NCBI GenBank assembly: GCA_000934665.2
Contig: KZ538011.1
Location: 1-64,000 of the forward strand
Direction: 5' to 3'
From: Catajapyx aquilonaris
Taxonomy: Eukaryota
Length of the DNA stretch: 64,000 nucleotides
Shown: piece by piece, positions 45,601 to 59,570 of the stretch
Numbering within the stretch: position 1 is the first letter of the stretch
Layout: every line of letters begins with the position of its first letter
Notes under the pieces: generated by a model
What the model saw: only the letters and a program-made list of their open reading frames with translations
The model's database searches: none
What the model was told of the DNA's origin: nothing
Made by a program: the position numbers and the translations under genes

Positions 45601-48230
45601 TAATGAACGTAGAGTATTTCTTACTAATCAGTTGCTGGTGATTATCCCGGATTATTTTTGGTATATCCTCATACATTTACCTCTGCAGGACAGTTATTGT
45701 CTATTGTAGCTTTATAGCTTTATAGGTTTGTTACTGTAAGTTGGTCATCAAATTCTTCAACATTGTTTCTTCTATTAAAGTTAACGTTCCTTGGAAGTTT
45801 TTACCGCCTGTCTCTGGCTAGCAGGGAAAAACATTACATGGCATCATTTGAGAGGCAATAATGATGGAAATGGTTCTCTAGAGCTGTAGTACAATACCCA
45901 AAGGAATCAAATCTTGCGTGTAATTGCTTGCATGCTGATATATGCGTGCGTTGTACTGTGTATGCTCGATTTATAATGTTGTTTCGGCAGTGTATAACTG
46001 ACAAGAAATGCTATTAACTAAAATGAGGTTGTAAGCGATGGGTGCATCTATATATGAGGGAGAAACTTCACTTTGTCTAATGCGAGTAGCCCCCGAGTTA
46101 TTTGAAAGGTCTGACACACTTATGGAGCATTAAAGTTCCGAAAAGCAAACGTAGAGTTTCCCGTTCCAAGTGCTCGAGCCGCACGAATAGACATTCCGAG
46201 AAATTGGAAACTGATAACACATTTTTCGTGCCATGCATGGCCGATGATTTAGTGATTGTACCATCTAGCATGGAAATTATGGGAGGCTTAGTACGACCGT
46301 TAGTGGTAGCATGTGTGAATTTAAGACACCGTGACGCTGCTCTACATTGAATTTTATTAACTGCATTTTTGCCACCGGATGATTCATTTCTGCGCCAAAC
46401 CTGGGAACCTAGTTTTACAGCAAAAGAGGCTATCCAGTTTCAAGAGTTTTATTTTACGCAACGTCCGAGAGAAAATTCGCACGTTATTCCTGTACTTCAT
46501 GTATAGTACACCACAGTTAAAATATTAAGCAGCGTGATGCATTTACAAACATAACATGACCCATTGTGGCTATGTTTCCCCCTCCAGCTCAACCGCAAGG
46601 AGGATCTAATGGAGAGCGAGGATGTAGGAGTCAGACTGTGTGCCAAGTTGCATGAAAGTTTAATCCAGAGGGTACAAAAGGACGTGGAGGACCTGAAGGT
46701 AAGTGGCGGCATAGCAAGGAGATACTTCGAAAAGCAGGTTTTGCAAACTAATTTGCATTTCGCACTACAGATGCTTCCAGAAACATGCCTGAAGGAAGTT
46801 CCAATAGTTTGTAGGACCATTAGTCTGGCCACATTACAGACGCACATGCCAGGACCCAAGTACTGGAGGAGGATTCAGGGAAGTGCTCTCAAGCCCAGCA
46901 GATACGTTGGCATTTATCTAGGTTAGTGACTAGTACAGCTGGGTTCATACGGGCGTTGAATTGTTTCTGTCATTGATTGGCGATCGCTGATCCAACGACA
47001 CTCGTGTGAACCCTTCATTTCTTCATGTATATAATGACTATTTGGGATTTGCTGGAATTAAACGTTGCAGAAGAAGTGCTGGCTCCTGTTGCGGACGCCA
47101 TTAGCCAGTTAGAACCCAAAGTGCAAACGGCAGCTGGAAAAGCTGTGGTCACCACTGTTAGCGAGGCTTGGCTGCATCACATATACAGCCAGAAGTTAAA
47201 GTTCAGGTCAGTAAATCATTTAATCCTTCCCTTTTTCAGTGACTTACGTATGTTTAAAATACAAATTCTCATAAAAGTAGAGTGCTTTGAAGAGTTTTCC
47301 ATTTAGAAAAATTGATCAAATGTCAATATTCGAACATGATGAAACACTTTAACGTTGCTGGTGATTTTGACCTATGGCGCATCAAGTTGACCTACGATTT
47401 AAGCAATTAGATGAGATTAGCCATGTTTCAGGAATGAGCTGGTGGCGAAATTGTGTCCTGATCGATGGCTTCCTCATCAAGCATTCAGTATTCATGTCTA
47501 GGAGGGCAAAAAAAATTAATCTGTTAAAACCCACTTGGCCAAGTTAATTACCGTAACTTCTCTTCCATACGATTGGTGTCGGTTACTTTATATCCGCCCC
47601 CGTGAATTTGCGAATGCCTGGAAACCTCTGGAAACTGATATACTCTATAATAGCACTGTGAATTCATCCGTAAGAGCAACTTTACCTTGCTAATGGTTTC
47701 GCTGATAATTTTGCTGATGGCATCATGTCTTGGGTACTGTGTTAAACTCACTTGTCTGCTGTTTAGAATGTAATGAGGCTGAACTTGAGCTGCTTAAGTG
47801 CTCTTCTTCAACAATTACTTTAATGAGCAATTTTTTGCACCAAATAATTATGATTTCTTTTCCATTCTTTTCCAGTGACTTAGGTTCCCAGCAGCTTCTC
47901 CGTGACTTCCTGGCCCTCCGAGATTGGCTCCGTAACTGCGAGATCCTGGATCCAGAATCCCGGTCCAAGATCCTGGACCTGGACATCCTCCGGCAGTGCG
48001 AGGGAGTTGCCCGACTGCTGTTGAGAAGACCAGGAGACATGATCGGAGTAGTGTCGCGTAATCAAGTGGCTCCTGAGGGACCGGGCTCGGACGAGACGCG
48101 GCCAGCCCAGCAGGCATTTGGAGGAGACAGTATTCCTGTGGAGATGTATGTGCCCAATCAGGAGCAGTGGCTGGCACTCAGGGCCGAAAAGGCGGTCGTT
48201 GTCTGGCCCTGCTTCATGTGCTGCAAATGA
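42654..48230 (+). CDS. CCDC142: Coiled-coil domain-containing protein 142 homolog; exons 42654-44255, 46588-46698, 46771-46921, 47071-47206, 47876-48230
   Basis: Phase-consistent GT-AG splicing. The C-terminal motifs MPGPKYWRR, PSRYVGIYLEEVLAPV, EAWLHHIYSQKLKFSDLGSQQLLRDF, LRQCEGVARLLL and MYVPNQEQWLALR match the CCDC142 family as I recall it. An in-frame TAG ~60 nt upstream supports ATG 42654 as the start. Confidence 0.85.
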
Positions 48231-51200
48231 AAACAGACGAGCAGCCCTTTTCCCCCCACTTCTCCCAGCAGTCTAGTGTAGCGTTTTATTCTATGAGTTC
48301 TATTTTCGTAATCGCTAATCTCGCAGTGATGGCTGATCTCAAGAGGTTTGAATGCAGCTCGGAACACTGATTAAAAACGCTGCATAATTACGACTAAGCC
48401 CCAGAAAATATTTAGCAGCGTAATTCCACCCGGAAATCAGCTGGAAAAAAAATGGTGAAAAATTCTGCTTTTTTGTACAGTATGGTTAAGCAGTCCCCAG
48501 CATTTCATATTCAAGGCTGAATATTTATTTTGTACCAGTAAAAAAATATCCACGGTTATTTCAAACTCCTCCAGCATCCTGTTTATTCAGTCACCCTACC
48601 CCCAATTCCTGGTCATGGGGTACACAAGAGATCAAGAGGGGGACTAATGAAGCTTTGCCTTTGGATTACAGGACCGCCCACTAATAGATCGTTGCTAAAT
48701 ATCTATTTAATCCTAGCGTCTTTCGGATAGACATCCCCTCCCCATCCAAAAACACCGCTTGAGAAGCGAAACACTTGCCAAAATATATGCCACTACATGA
48801 ATGAAAGGATCGCTGGTCTGTTTATACCGACTTGAACTTTATCGCCTGCAGGCCTAACGATGTCATTTGAGATAGAACCATCCGTTATTGGATTTTTGCA
48901 GAGAAGTTATACAGCATGAAAGGCAAAAAAAAACACGATGAGGGGGGTCCTTCATGGCATTTTTTTGTATGTTCACAGCCTGAGTCTTATAGCCTATCGA
49001 TAAAACAACTTTCTGCATGCCTGCTTATTGGAACATTCTCTCAGACTCTGCAAATATTGAGTGACGTCTTTCGCAAATCCAATCCCTTTTCTTCTCTGAC
49101 CTTTTTTTTTGTTTCTGCACAGCCCCGGAGCTACTGATATTTACAAATTTAGAACTGGCTTTTGTCGTCTTCTCTGGCTCGGTCGACGCTTTGTGAAAAT
49201 GCAAGTAAACGAGTTGTTTACAGAGCAAAGGACTAGAACATCGATGAGAATTTAGCTCATTTGTGAGTCTCACTTAGGGGTCGCGAGTGAGAGGACTTAA
49301 CGAGGTGATGCCATATAGAAGCTGGAAAATCAATGGGTGAAGGTCCTTGGAGGAACTCCGGAATGGACTCCTTTTGTTTGTTAGGACCCCTGGAATTCTT
49401 GCGACGCTTTTAGCTCTGAGAAGAAAAAATAAGGTGGAAGCCGGATTGCCTGGAATGCGAAGCTGGAGAAATCTACATCAATATACATGACAGTTAAATT
49501 CCATACAGTGACAGCTATTTTCTACGTGCCAGATTTTTTCCCCCGCCTTTTTTCCGCGTGTTGTCGCAGAGGTTACGCTTTAATAACATTTGGTCGTTGT
49601 TTGACTCCGTCAGATGAAGCGCCGTTAGAAGATACATAAAATATAACTACCGGAAATTAACGTCGGCAAAGTTTTGATGACAAGGTTGATTGCCCCCCTT
49701 TTGCGTCGTGTTAAGTGAATTGGGACGGTGTCGGAAAATATCCCGGCAATATTGTGTTATGTGGTGTATGCCATGTACGTGTTTTTACGTTGGAACATTG
49801 CAAAGCAAAGAACGGGCGCAATATTAGAGGAATCTTAAATTAGGGAAATTGCACGTTGTTGTGCAATCTAGCGGTGCTGTCAGCGATATTAGATCGTACG
49901 TTATTCTGACCGAGGGAAGACAAAAAAAAAGAGTTTTAGTGTCTATATTTAGCCGCGTAATGCCTCACGGGACATCCTGAATTACCGCTGCAGCAGTAGA
50001 CCTTTGACTTTTCACCTGTTCGTCAAAAGTTCTCAGTAAAAGCGCCTTTGATATATATGGGACAGTTATTATTTTTTTAAAAAGCTTCATCCGGCTTGAT
50101 ATAATTAAAACAGGGGAGATTATGTTTTCCAAGAACAATTTCCTGAGACTGAATCTTGGTAATGATATTCTGGGTTGGAAAATGAACTATTTTGACGGGA
50201 ACGAGCTCCTGAAATTGAGAGTTATAAGGACCTTACTTGGAGCTCTAAATACATCTAGTTATTTAAAAATACGACAGGTACTGTACAAGCTCAATTTGCA
50301 GAGATAATATGGTGCTGATACAGGTCTGATGTCAGAAAATATTTTCCGGTGAATCAGTAGCCAGTAACATTAGAAGGGTGCTGGATTAATTAATATCCGC
50401 TGCCAGCTAACAAGATAATAATTAGTGGCCAAGTATAGTGATAGGCATATATCCCATCATATGGATTTTTCATGGGGGAGTTTTAATTACCGTGAACCTT
50501 TCTAATTATTATATGACCATTTTATGGAAAATGCTTTTCTTATCTCCTAAGTTCCAACTCGATTCGGGACTTTCAAAGAGATCCTAATGCCCATTAGGCG
50601 ACTGTAAGGGTTGTTCAGAGAAATTTTGAACGCATATCTTCCGCAAAAGACTTCCTTCCTGTGTTAAGGGGTACAAAGTGCTGACTTGATCCAATTATTG
50701 ACGACATTGTACCCGTCGCTTATTCGATTACAAGCAGGGGTGGTGGAGAAAAAAAACCCGTCTCGACGTAGCCGGGAATTCTACAAGGAAATGGCGAAAA
50801 AGAGCGTATAATGCGTTTGTCATTCGAGCCATATTATAGGTAAGAGGCATTATTACATTCCGCCAGACTATGGGTTTATTTGCTTAATGGGACAAACGGG
50901 TGTAGGCGTCTTTGACTTCAACGTGCCAGTGACGCAAACTGGCTAATAGGAATTAGACACTTTAAAATTTTAATCCGTTGTTATTTGCGGTATTAATATT
51001 GTGACGTGATATGCTATATCGACTGTACTCGTATTTATGTTTTACAGGGTGGAAATTTTCCGGAAGAAACACACTGGAATCTTGGTAATTATTCTTAATT
51101 ACTCGATCATTAATTAATAAATAATAATATTTAGTAAGGTTACTTAAAGGCCAAACTCGGTTTGAAAATTATGATGATTATCATGAATATTGCAATGTAA

Positions 51201-53507
51201 TAAAAATCCTACCGGTTAAAATTAAACATTAGTCATGAACAGGGCAGTTCTGACAGTTTTGAAGCTTTCTCAGTTAAATTAAAACAGATGTTTTTAATTA
51301 GTCTCGAAAGTGTAATTCTGAAGGAGAAATACAGTATGTTACTGCGAAGTCAAATGATATTAAAAATCATGACCTCCTGTAAAGGTCACTTCAATTTATT
51401 TTATAAACGCGTAAAATGTGACAGTCATATGATATTGAGGCATACCAATTGTGCAGATCTTTGCTGAGCCGTCTAAAATGCTGACATACATTGCAATCAT
51501 ATGCCATTATTTTGTGAATTGAATAACGAAAAAGACTGGACACTATAAAAGCGTATTCCCCTAAAATTGTTTCTGGATATTTTTTCCATTTCAGAAAATA
51601 AAGGTAACTTGATGGAATCATACACCGTAGTATGGGCATGGGTAAAAAAACTTGACTTCTGATGATACGAGATTGCACAATTTTCTTGCATGCTTTTCAA
51701 AGTGTGCAAATGAAAATGAAACTATTGCATACTTCAATTAGTGCCATCCAGCATCATGGACAGAGTAGATTGTTTTTGTTCAAGAGACAGGTCCTAATCG
51801 CAATGCCATTTGACTCTTTCCCTCTTTTTTGCGCTTTTCCGGTCCATCACGACATTGGACACTGCCTTGACCAGCGGGCCAAGGTCGAGGTCTAAAATTT
51901 CTGGTAAAACAGTGACTGCGGCGCAGGATTTTGATTTCCCATGGCGCCTCTTCTAATCTGGTTGATCTCACGGGAGGCGCCAAATAGTCAATACCTCATT
52001 ACCCAAAGTAAGGCACAATTGTCGACTGTGGAGTGTCCCTTGCAATCAAGTTCTCGTTTCCTCCTTTTGTTCCTCCCTTTTCAGTCGAAAAGCTTCCCAT
52101 CCTGCAGCTCTGATCATCACAAGGATGCTGGAGGAAAAGGATGGAATGGTTGGGGGGGAGTTGTCTTTATGATTCGACAACAAAAGAGGGGCAAGAATTA
52201 TCCCCCAATGCATCTGTAGCGCCGTGAAGTTGCTGTTGAAGGAAAGAAGCTGGAGAAGGAAGAAGAAGGAGGAAAAAAATCCCGCTTCTCGAGTGATTGC
52301 AAAAGAGCGTCCCTTTTCTTTCGGCAATGATTAATTCAAGGGTCTGCAGCGAGAGGAATCCTTTTCCAAAATGAAAGGCGCCGGATTTGAAGGGTTGTCT
52401 GCAGATGGGAGTGGAGGGTATACTTTGAGATAAAAAGCGACCTGATTTGCTTCCCTACCCGGCCGTATGAATGGCAATGAGGCCTTTGGACAAGAGATTT
52501 CCTCTTAAATGGAAAAGAAGAGGGGGAGAGATGCGGTGACCTAAGGATATGGTGAAGAGGCTGAGAAGGAAAATGGTGATTTATATGCATAGTAAAGGGC
52601 AGGAATGCAGGAATCATTAATATACTCACGTTGACTCAAGTGACCACCAAAAAAATCGGCCAAGTGTATCCTGACATTGGAAAAGTTCAGGTGTTGCTCT
52701 AACTTGTTCTAAAACAAATAGTCCGAATATTTATGCTAGGTAATGTATACCCTTTGACATCAAATGCGTTTTTTCTAGGTTGCCCACACTTGGTGGCTGT
52801 ACCCCCAAAAAAACTCTGGAGGGTTAGCTTACATGATATTGTGCAATCAGCAAGCTTGGCGTGTAATGAAGTGCGGATTTGCATATTGTGTCCCCGGCAA
52901 TTCCGTCCTGCCTGAATTGAGCACAAATTCGCGTCGCCCTATTATTGGGGGCAGCCGCCATGATTGGCATGAATAATGCAAGATTGTAAAATTTTAACAG
53001 GTGCCACGCAAGTGCTTCAATCAGTGCCGGTAATAACTCATCACTTAAATGCAGGGCAAGTTCATATTATGTGGCTTCATATACTCGAAATTTGGGTCAG
53101 TTAACACCTCCAGTTTCCGGCTGGTCATGTGCCTCTCGTGGGCAAGAAACTTTATTTATTGCGGCTACAATGTGCTTGCAATTTTACGTAACTGCATATT
53201 GCACTATCCCTTGTGGTTCATGCAGTGTACTGGTAAATTAACGAGGCCAAGGCTATGTTCACGAGTAGAATTTAAAGAACCTGACGCAAAGATAATTCAA
53301 AACTTTTAATTGCGTTCATGAGCAACACTATAGTGCAGTGGTTGAGGCCAAAGCCTATCACCTCTCAGGTCCTGAATTCATCCTTGAAGCGACGATGTCC
53401 ACTAGAAAAATTAAATTTTATCAGCAAGGGAGATAATTTTCAATAATGATAAAATACGCTGGAATTATAACAAATGAAAAATTACTCAAAGGGGTTATAA
53501 TCCCAAG

Positions 53508-53578
<71 letters not shown>
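53508..53578. repeat. (CTA)n microsatellite
   Basis: About 23 ACT/CTA units. Confidence 0.97.
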
Positions 53579-55214
53579 ATCTTATTGGCTGCAAATGGAA
53601 TAGGCTGTACAGTATGTGGAGCAAATGCGTGATTGGAGAAAGCATGTTGACAATTAATGGAACATGTTGCATTAATTAATTGTGTTAGCGTTGATTGGGA
53701 GCAATGTGACGACCTGATGGCAAAGTTTAATTAAATGGTGCATTTTTTGGCATGTCCTCTGGTGTACTGTACATATTTTTCTAGTACCATGGGAGCGGAA
53801 AAATAGTTCAAACTATTACTGTGCATGTAAAGTACACAGTATCCTCATGTGCCAAATCCCGTAATTGTGCTAAAACCAAGGCAAACCTTTTTTGCCCGAA
53901 AATAACATGCATGAGTGACCTACTTTAGATGCAACTGATTTGCGCAGCGGGAGATGTCAACTTTTAATGAAATCAGTCACTACAGGGCCTCAACTAACGG
54001 CCTTTATGGCGACCTGATTGCAAAACTTATCAACGTTTTTCCCTCTCTCTCTCTTTTTTTTTTTCAAACTGGCTTTTTCCAAAAAACGTCAAATTACCGC
54101 CTTTGACCCAAAACCCGTTAAGCAAATCGTCCGATTTTGATGTGCAACGTGTCGTGCTTAAATTACTTAGAAGTCTGTTACCCGTTAAAAGGAAAATTTA
54201 ATCTCGCATAGTCGAATGTTTTTTTTTGAATTCGCTGATCATGGACTTTATACAGTGTCCTGGCTGGACCACCCTCAATCGCATTTATTCCCTCCCCTCC
54301 TCCCCGACCATCCCCTCCCCTTGCGCACACACCAAAGCCACCGACACCAGGTGTGCATCTCATCAACATGACACCCATTTCCAGCAGAGCCAGAGCCGTG
54401 CTCAAATTGCATTTACTTGCCATGCTCCGCATTGCACTTTGAACTCTTACTTCGCTTAATGAGCAAAGACTCGCAACAATTACGTGATAAGCACCGGGGC
54501 GCTCAAATTGCCTCAAAATTTGAGCTAGAAATGACATTTCCAGAGTTGTGCAGAACGTTAAATTGGTTTAACTATCCGTGACGTTTAACCCGCAGTTTTG
54601 ATTTTAATTAACTGCAATATCTTTTCTGATCTGGGGCCAATCTTGACCTGTATTACGTACATGGTTTTAAAATATTATTTCAAAGCATGGTAGAGACGTA
54701 CAGCCCCGAGCATAAAGTTGGAGACCCTGTCGGCTTTCTCTGATCTTTCTTTATCCGACTTAAATTAATGGACTATTTTTTGGACCGAGTTAGCTGCTTT
54801 AGGCGTGTGTTCGTGTATTTATTACCGTATGATACCGTAATGGCGGGGACTGGCAGAGCCCCCTGCCGGAGGATATGGCCTGCTGTCTCCAACTTTATGC
54901 TCGAGGCTGTACATCATTCAAAAAATTTCAATGCATATTTTGCGACACCCTATAGCCACATGTCAGTAACAAAATAAGATCAAAAATCAAAATGTGCTTC
55001 CAGTACCACCTTGTAAGGTTCTCCAAATGTTTGGGTCCCTCCCTGAAGAGGACGAGAGAGCACCTCGTGTAGCATGAGGGCGCCAAAGAGACGAAATGGT
55101 TTCCTGGGGTCGATTTTGGCGCGTGAGCCAGTGCGCTGGGAGATTGCACCGCTTCGATATAGTCTGGGGGGTAGGACTATAGTCTATGTGGAGGGGGGCT
55201 TGGGGGGAGTAGTA

Positions 55215-55435
55215 CGGATATAAAAAAAAGGAGGGAGAGAGAGAGAGAACGCGGGTTTCTGAGTCTGGGCAGCTGCGCATCCTCCATCCCTCCGAAAGGA
55301 CAGACTCAGTCTCATCCGAAAGCATTGCATACAGAGCTGCATCGACGAGCGGTCCGGTTTCAGTTGGCGTGTCAGAGAGGGTGACATACCCCACAAGCCG
55401 TACAACACCGGAGGAATGACGCGTGATTGGTGAGT
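55215..55435 (+). promoter_or_regulatory. Candidate core promoter and non-coding first exon of an unidentified downstream + strand gene
   Basis: TATAAAAA at ~55218, a GA tract, Inr-like TCAGT at ~55306, a GC-richer segment and a strong donor TTG|GTGAGT at ~55430. No coding exon was identified. Confidence 0.3.
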
Positions 55436-58400
55436 ATCAGTGCAAGTAATGTGATATTAGGTATGGCTAGAAAAGGGCGGTATGTGTAGTGTGGAGATGA
55501 CCTCGATGCGGAGGTGGTCTGGCTTGTTGCAGGCTGTGTGTTTATGCAGTCCTTTATTTCTGTAGGTCAAAGTGCAGTCACGGCGTGGCACGCGTTTGCG
55601 TACGTGGTTTCGGAGTAATGTAAACATACGTGCTTTAGGAGCCTCGCACGGTTTAAAATCGCTGCATTTAACCGAGGGGTGTAGATAATAGGCCGAAAGA
55701 CTGGCTGCTTCCACATTCCCGATGCGTTGTTGTGTAGATGCTCTGTACACGTTATCGCATGCACATAATGACAGCTATCGTGGCATCGCCATATCAGCAA
55801 ACATTTGATGGTTCTAGCGCGAGATATATGTCCAGCTGAAAAAAACCCGGTCCTCATTAACGGAGTTCAATATTATCACTAATGAGAGAAAAACAATTCG
55901 CGCGGGATTCATTTCATGCCGGGTAATGAACTGTCGCCGTGACAATTTAGAGGCCCAAGCCGTGGTTGAAAAAAAAGAAGAGAAGTAAAGCAATGAGTTA
56001 GATGTACGTAGGATTACTCATAAATGATAAGTAATTGTCATAGTCTGGTGGGCGATGGGAAGCGGAATTTATCCAGGAGGCTCCGCTGCGTGAAATAAGA
56101 GATACTAAGGCTGTTTACAGTGCAATAAATTTTCTCCCCCCGCCTTTTCCTTCTCACTCGGATGTCAAGGGACTCGTTGCTGGCTTATTTTCTGCCTCCT
56201 CTAAGAGGACTGCCCCCGAAACATGGCATTGCGCTCTAAGACTTCGCTACCATCGAATTTGGTTTTTTTTAAAAATGAAGGGAAAAAAAACTCGCGCCCA
56301 ACTTTGGTTTCACCGTATGAACTTTTGCACGAATCTTTGCAGGACACTACTGCAGATGACTGAGCATCATTAAATGTAATAATATTCTGATTTTAAAGTT
56401 TACAGAATTCGGAAATGCGGATGTTACAGAGATTGACTCATACTTGTATGTAATACTGTATATACCATTTTCTGTTGATAATAATAGAGCTGGTAGCTGG
56501 TGGGTGTTTCATTCTTTGCCTATAACGTAGATGTAGCTTGCACTGGACCATCAATGCATTCCCTTATACGTTATACGTTTTTGGTTAAAGAGTTATGTTG
56601 TGGTACATACTGTTGATTTTAAGCAGGTCATTTAATATTAATATTCATTGTCATTGCTGATCCTACAGTGTTGAAACACTGTATGCGTACTGCAAATTTT
56701 CACCAGAGCGTGATAAAACCTGTGGAATGCAATCAATAATCAAATTTTACATAATGCACATTCAATGTGATCTAGGTACAACAGGAACATCCGTTCCAAT
56801 AATACTGGGTAATAACTGAAATTCTTGGCCAGTATTCTCTGTCTGCTGAATGCATGATGGAATATATAATAAGCAAAATATTGTGTGAACTATACGAAGG
56901 AAATTAACATAAGCCAGTACCGGCACGAGATCTCTCGCATAATGGGGATTAAAGTGTGTGTATTGTACGTAGTGTCGATGACAAATTATTTTATAGCAGA
57001 ATCTACAATAAATCCTGCATTAAAAATAATAATAAACAACACGATTACAGAATATCATGAGAATTAACATCGTGAAAAATTCACAATGTTAATTCTCATG
57101 ATGGCACAGCTTATGATTACTATACCATAACATAAAGTACTGTATAAGCCGATTAAAATTTACGTTTATGCAGACCTTTCCAACTCAACGACTGAAATTG
57201 TAGTGCGTGTGTACAGTACCGCACTTCAGTTCTTGAAGGTTTATCAGTGATAAACGTACGAGTATATACTGAAAACAACTACACCGTGACTGAAAATGAT
57301 TACTAATTTCAGCAACGGAAACAAACAAGAGACATGCACAAGGGCGTATAAAAGCGTCTGCCAGAACAATGACAGTGACATTTTGGAAAGTAATTCTGTA
57401 CGAAAAACCTCATTAACGTGACCTGCACGCCTCTGTTGCTATATAAACTATTCGATGACGTTAGGTGGCATGTAAAGTAAGCAGAGGTGCATAATTATAG
57501 CCCACATCATTACGGTTCTCAGCAGGCTGTTCATTTGGACAATGGGTATACCACTGCATAATTAATTTTGCGGCACGTAACTATCGACAGAAACTTTGTG
57601 TAATTAATTATTTTTAAAAATAACATCTGGCGAATTTATAGTTTCATTACGCGGCAGTACATTCTAACAAACTCCTGCTGGCTCACATTTTTAAAGTTGA
57701 AAGTATAGGGAAAAGTAGCCCAACTTTGAAATCGCAGAGTATATTGAAAAGTACACAAAAGTCATTGGTTTGGGAAGGCAAAAGAGTCTTGTATTCAGAC
57801 TCATCTGGAATGCATTACCAAAAGGTCATTACGTAAAAATGCAAAATGATGGAGTGTACAGTCTCTCATTTGCAGATATGCTTTGATATAGTAATTCTCG
57901 TTCCCCGAATGCATCGGATTCTATACAGCGCTTGAGTGGCAAGCAGTATTTCAAAAGGTTGCAATTGAAGGCATTGGTTATACGCACGAGCTGAATCCAC
58001 CGAACTTCTTTAGAAAGAGAAATTATTTTTCCCACTGCAGAAAAATCTAATTTGTATGTACAGTATACGTCATGCTATACACCTAAAAAATCAGCCCACA
58101 CAGTGAAGCTATTCTGTAGTATTTCGTATATGTAAACATCCCTCTCACATAAAATCGCGTAGTTTGCAAATAATTCAGAATTCATGCGAAATGTCTTTGT
58201 TAATTACGAGCCGGATGTCCACAACTACTAGGGTTAACCAGTTTTGAAAATAATGCTCCAATGCGTTATTTAAAAACACGCTTTAAAAAGACTCATGAAA
58301 GTGCAGCATTCCCTTGGAATTGCAAATGGTTTTCGCCCCCATTTTAAAAAGAAAAAAAGCAATAAAACGACAATTTTATTACAAAGTTGGACCACTGAAA

Positions 58401-59294
58401 AGCTACTTTTCAGTGTTACGGTCGCATTAATTTTTATCGACTTTTCCGGAGGATTACTTTTTGAATTTTTTTTTTGGGGGGGGGGGGGGTTTCAACTTAT
58501 GCTCCAGTATTCCCAGTATGAAACTGCCCGAAATAAATCCCTCCCAAAAAATTCAACATCGACCTAAAAATCTCCTATTTCAAAACCCCTTGTTTTAGGA
58601 GCTTATCTTCCACTTGCACCATGGGACATGCGATACAGTAATTGGCATTTCGTTACCCCCGAAATTTGGGTTTTAAAAAAATGGTATCCACGGGGGAATA
58701 TTTTGAACACCAACAAAAAAATTTCCATCCCGCTTTAAGCCAGCATATGCATCACTTATAATGAATAAATAAATCTCAACCAGACCCGGTTTACACCGCA
58801 CACAGCACACAAAAAAAGTCATGCAGGAGGCCGAACCCGGAATCGATACCCGTGTAGGCATGAAAAGTTGATAAAACCGGAAACAAAGGGGTTGTTACGC
58901 GCCATTTGACGAGTCTGTTTTGGTCATGAACTACAAGGTGTCGCATCCGCTGCGATGTTTATTTTCGCACGTGCCCCACTAGTTAATACGATCCAAACCG
59001 CAGTTTTTGAACGAGCAGCTATTATACCAGAATTTTTAAAAAATAGTTGCTAATTTCCGGATATTAACAGATGGACATATATGTTTCGTTGGCAGGATTT
59101 CCCGACGACAACATGCAGTTGATGAAAATCCGGGTGACCGCGGCCATGTTTTTTTTAAGGGAGATATGGACGCTGAATAATAAGTTAGGCTTGAATGAGA
59201 ACTGTGGAAATGTCGCCCCCCTCCGGATTTTATAACCCGTAAAAGCACGTTATGCTAAGTAATTACAGGCTGCTTTGAATGGGCGCCCACTATA

Positions 59295-59570
59295 CAGGGT
59301 GGTCCATAATTATACTTAAACTCCTTGGGCACGAAAGCCTGTTTACTCATATTACATGTTGTGGATACAGCCTGCGATACTGGACATTGCCTTTTAAAGA
59401 TATACAGTAAAAATTGCATGGTAATATACCTAATTTAAATGACAAAGGCCGTGGGTGCATACATTTCAGAATATTTTAGGCTATATGTTCATCTGTTATG
59501 CGCATAAATTAAAATTTTTCCCAAGTGTTTACAGCAGAATATTGTGTACGTAGTATTACGGCACACCCTG
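59295..59570. mobile_element. 276-bp Tc1/mariner-type MITE
   Basis: TA|CAGGGTGGTCCATAAT ... ATTACGGCACACCCTG|TA imperfect TIRs with TA duplication. Confidence 0.75.

Noticed and set aside
53421..53679. Poly-Leu and poly-Ser ORFs
   Set aside because: They are translations of the (CTA)n microsatellite.
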